From: Cyanophora paradoxa CCMP329
Taxonomy: Eukaryota; Plantae; Glaucophyta
Assembly: GCA_004431415.1 (NCBI GenBank)
Contig: QPMI01000179.1
Coordinates: forward strand, 130,987-194,986
Direction of reading: 5' to 3'
DNA: 64,000 nucleotides
In this document: in pieces, positions 60,501 to 64,000 of the stretch
Layout: the number at the start of each line of letters is the position of its first letter
Numbering within the stretch: position 1 is the stretch's first letter
The notes under the pieces: model-generated
Seen by the model: the letters and a program-made list of their open reading frames with translations, nothing else
Told to the model about the DNA's origin: nothing
Database searches by the model: none
Translations under genes and position numbers: made by a program

Positions 60501-63500
60501 GAAGAAAGATGCACTTCAAATCTCTCTGGGGGAATATGCACAAGGCGCTAGCCTTAGGCAGATGACCCACCCACCAGCAAGTCACTCAGTCAAGGCCCCA
60601 GGTTTCGATCTGCCACAAAATAGAAGAAGATGCACCCCAAATCTCTCTGGGGAATATGCACAAGGCGCTAGCCTTAGGCAGATGACCCACCCACCAGCAA
60701 GTCACTCAGTCAAGGCCCCAGGTTTCCGATCTGCCACAAAATAGAAGAAAGATGCACCCCAAATCTCTCTGGGGAATATGCACAAGGCGCTAGCCTTAGG
60801 CAGATGACCCACCCACCAGCAAGTCACTCAGTCAAGGCCCCAGGTTTCCGATCTGCCACAAAATAGAAGAAAGATGCACCCCAAATCTCTCTGGGGAATA
60901 TGCACAAGGCGCTAGCCTTAGGCAGATGACCCACCCACCAGCAAGTCACTCAGTCAAGGCCCCAGGTTTCCGATCTGCCACAAAATAGAAGAAAGATGCA
61001 CCCAAATCTCTCTGGGGAATATGCACAAGGCGCTAGCCTTAGGCAGATGACCCACCCACCAGCAAGTCACTCAGTCAAGGCCCCAGGTTTCCGATCTGCC
61101 ACAAAATAGAAGAAAGATGCACCCCAAATCTCTCTGGGGAATATGCACAAGGCGCTAGCCTTAGGCAGATGACCCACCCACCAGCAAGTCACTCAGTCAA
61201 GGCCCCAGGTTTCCGATCTGCCACAAAATAGAAGAAAGATGCACCCCAAATCTCTCTGGGGAATATGCACAAGGCGCTAGCCTTAGGCAGATGACCCACC
61301 CACCAGCAAGTCACTCAGTCAAGGCCCCAGGTTTCCGATCTGCCACAAAATAGAAGAAGATGCACCCCAAATCTCTCTGGGGAATATGCACAAGGCGCTA
61401 GCCTTAGGCAGATGACCCACCCACCAGCAAGTCACTCAGTCAAGGCCCCAGGTTTCCGATCTGCCACAAAATAGAAGAAAGATGCACCCAAATCTCTCTG
61501 GGGAATATGCACAAGGCGCTAGCCTTAGGCAGATGACCCACCCACCAGCAAGTCACTCAGTCGAAGGCCCCAGGTTTCCGATCTGCCACAAAATAGAAGA
61601 AAGATGCACCCAAATCTCTCTGGGGAATATGCACAAGGCGCTAGCCTTAGGCAGATGACCCACCCACCAGCAAGTCACTCAGTCAAGGCCCCAGGTTTCC
61701 GATCTGCCACAAAATAGAAGAAGATGCACCCCAAATCTCTCTGGGGAATATGCACAAGGCGCTAGCCTTAGGCAGATGACCCACCCACCAGCAAGTCACT
61801 CAGTCAAGGCCCCAGGTTTCCGATCTGCCACAAAATAGAAGAAAGATGCACCCAAATCTCTCTGGGGAATATGCACAAGGCGCTAGCCTTAGGCAGATGA
61901 CCCACCCACCAGCAAGTCACTCAGTCGAAGGCCCCAGGTTTCCGATCTGCCACAAAATAGAAGAAAGATGCACCCAAATCTCTCTGGGGAATATGCACAA
62001 GGCGCTAGCCTTAGGCAGATGACCCACCCACCAGCAAGTCACTCAGTCGAAGGCCCCAGGTTTCCGATCTGCCACAAAATAGAAGAAAGATGCACCCAAA
62101 TCTCTCTGGGGAATATGCACAAGGCGCTAGCCTTAGGCAGATGACCCACCCACCAGCAAGTCACTCAGTCAAGGCCCCAGGTTTCCGATCTGCCACAAAA
62201 TAGAAGAAAGATGCACCCAAATCTCTCTGGGGAATATGCACAAGGCGCTAGCCTTAGGCAGATGACCCACCCACCAGCAAGTCACTCAGTCAAGGCCCCA
62301 GGTTTCCGATCTGCCACAAAATAGAAGAAGATGCACCCAAATCTCTCTGGGGAATATGCACAAGGCGCTAGCCTTAGGCAGATGACCCACCCACCAGCAA
62401 GTCACTCAGTCAAGGCCCCAGGTTTCCGATCTGCCACAAAATAGAAGAAAGATGCACCCCAAATCTCTCTGGGGAATATGCACAAGGCGCTAGCCTTAGG
62501 CAGATGACCCACCCACCAGCAAGTCACTCAGTCAAGGCCCCAGGTTTCCGATCTGCCACAAAATAGAAGAAAGATGCACCCAAATCTCTCTGGGGAATAT
62601 GCACAAGGCGCTAGCCTTAGGCAGATGACCCACCCACCAGCAAGTCACTCAGTCGAAGGCCCCAGGTTTCCGATCTGCCACAAAATAGAAGAAAGATGCA
62701 CCCCAAATCTCTCTGGGGAATATGCACAAGGCGCTAGCCTTAGGCAGATGACCCACCCACCAGCAAGTCACTCAGTCAGAGGCCCCAGGTTTCCGATCTG
62801 CCACAAAATAGAAGAAAGATGCACCCCAAATCTCTCTGGGGGAATATGCACAAGGCGCTAGCCTTAGGCAGATGACCCACCCACCAGCAAGTCACTCAGT
62901 CGAAGGCCCCAGGTTTCCGATCTGCCACAAAATAGAAGAAAGATGCACCCCAAATCTCTCTGGGGGAATATGCACAAGGCGCTAGCCTTAGGCAGATGAC
63001 CCACCCACCAGCAAGTCACTCAGTCAAAGGCCCCAGGTTTCCGATCTGCCACAAAATAGAAGAAAGATGCACCCCAAATCTCTCTGGGGGAATATGCACA
63101 AGGCGCTAGCCTTAGGCAGATGACCCACCCACCAGCAAGTCACTCAGTCAAGGCCCCAGGTTTCCGATCTGCCACAAAATAGAAGAAAGATGCACCCAAA
63201 TCTCTCTGGGGGAATATGCACAAGGCGCTAGCCTTAGGCAGATGACCCACCCACCAGCAAGTCACTCAGTCAAGGCCCCAGGTTTCCGATCTGCCACAAA
63301 ATAGAAGAAGATGCACCCAAATCTCTCTGGGGAATATGCACAAGGCGCTAGCCTTAGGCAGATGACCCACCACCAGCAAGTCACTCAGTCAAGGCCCCAG
63401 GTTTCCGATCTGCCACAAAATAGAAGAAGATGCACCCAAATCTCTCTGGGGAATATGCACAAGGCGCTAGCCTTAGGCAGATGACCCACCCACCAGCAAG

Positions 63501-64000
63501 TCACTCAGTCAAGGCCCCAGGTTTCCGATCTGCCACAAAATAGAAGAAGGATGCACCCCAAATCTCTCTGGGGGAATATGCACAAGGCGCTAGCCTTAGG
63601 CAGATGACCCACCCACCAGCAAGTCACTCAGTCGAAGGCCCCAGGTTTCGGATCTGCCACAAAATAGAAGAAAGATGCACTCCAAATCTCTCTGGGGGAA
63701 TATGCACAAGGCGCTAGCCTTAGGCAGATGACCCACCCACCAGCAAGTCACTCAGTCGAAGGCCCCAGGTTTCCGATCTGCCACAAAATAGAAGAAAGAT
63801 GCACCCCAAATCTCTCTGGGGGAATATGCACAAGGCGCTAGCCTTAGGCAGATGACCCACCCACCAGCAAGTCACTCAGTCAAGGCCCAGGTTTCCGATC
63901 TGCCACAAAATAGAAGAAAGATGCACTCCAAATCTCTCTGGGGGAATATGCACAAGGCGCTAGCCTTAGGCAGATGACCCCCACCAGCAAGTCACTCAGT
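51568..64000 (+). repeat. Satellite D (~124-bp monomer, ~100 highly homogeneous copies, runs off the window)
   Basis: atgacccacccaccagcaagtcactcag at 51690, 51813, 51937, 52061 and onwards; variation is mostly homopolymer length. Confidence 0.99.

Noticed and set aside
25040-64000. Hammerhead ribozymes in satellites A, B, D or the LTR (ctgatga at 28835)
   Set aside because: No complete CUGANGA-stem II-GAAA-stem III-NUH arrangement found by eye; only partial cores.
51568-64000. TTAGGC/CTTAGGC in satellite D as a telomere repeat or Ty1 frameshift site
   Set aside because: Single occurrence per monomer, not tandem, and no coding context.

Overview
Eukaryotic, repeat-dominated (heterochromatin or centromere-like) window, probably from a microbial eukaryote with uniformly short (49-54 bp) GT-AG introns. 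It holds four tandem-repeat families: a ~147-bp satellite (A) with 3-, 4- and 11-mer higher-order repeats that recurs between unrelated fragments, a ~346-bp satellite (B), a ~1.34-kb array built from the U5-PBS-gag part of an LTR retrotransposon (C), and a homogeneous ~124-bp satellite (D) filling the last 12.4 kb. Satellite B contains a very young, full-length Ty3/gypsy element (identical 128-bp LTRs, 4-bp TSD). Two sister families are also present: a truncated minus-strand element and the unit of array C. All three share a 12-nt PBS (TGGTAGCATCGG), a U5/PBS hairpin kept despite different stem sequences, and a gag frame that runs open through the PBS with an ATC in Kozak-like context and no in-frame AUG for 36-50 codons. 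This is the most novel signal in the window. Also present: an RNase H-bearing LINE, tiny TPRT-type insertions with TSDs, Helitron/PIF1, BRCT and gypsy fragments, two AT-rich virus-like ORF remnants, and three apparently intact glycan-modifying host genes (GT2-like, GT32-like, METTL24/FkbM-like). Homopolymer indels and inversion junctions mean long-read or amplification artefacts must be excluded for several claims.
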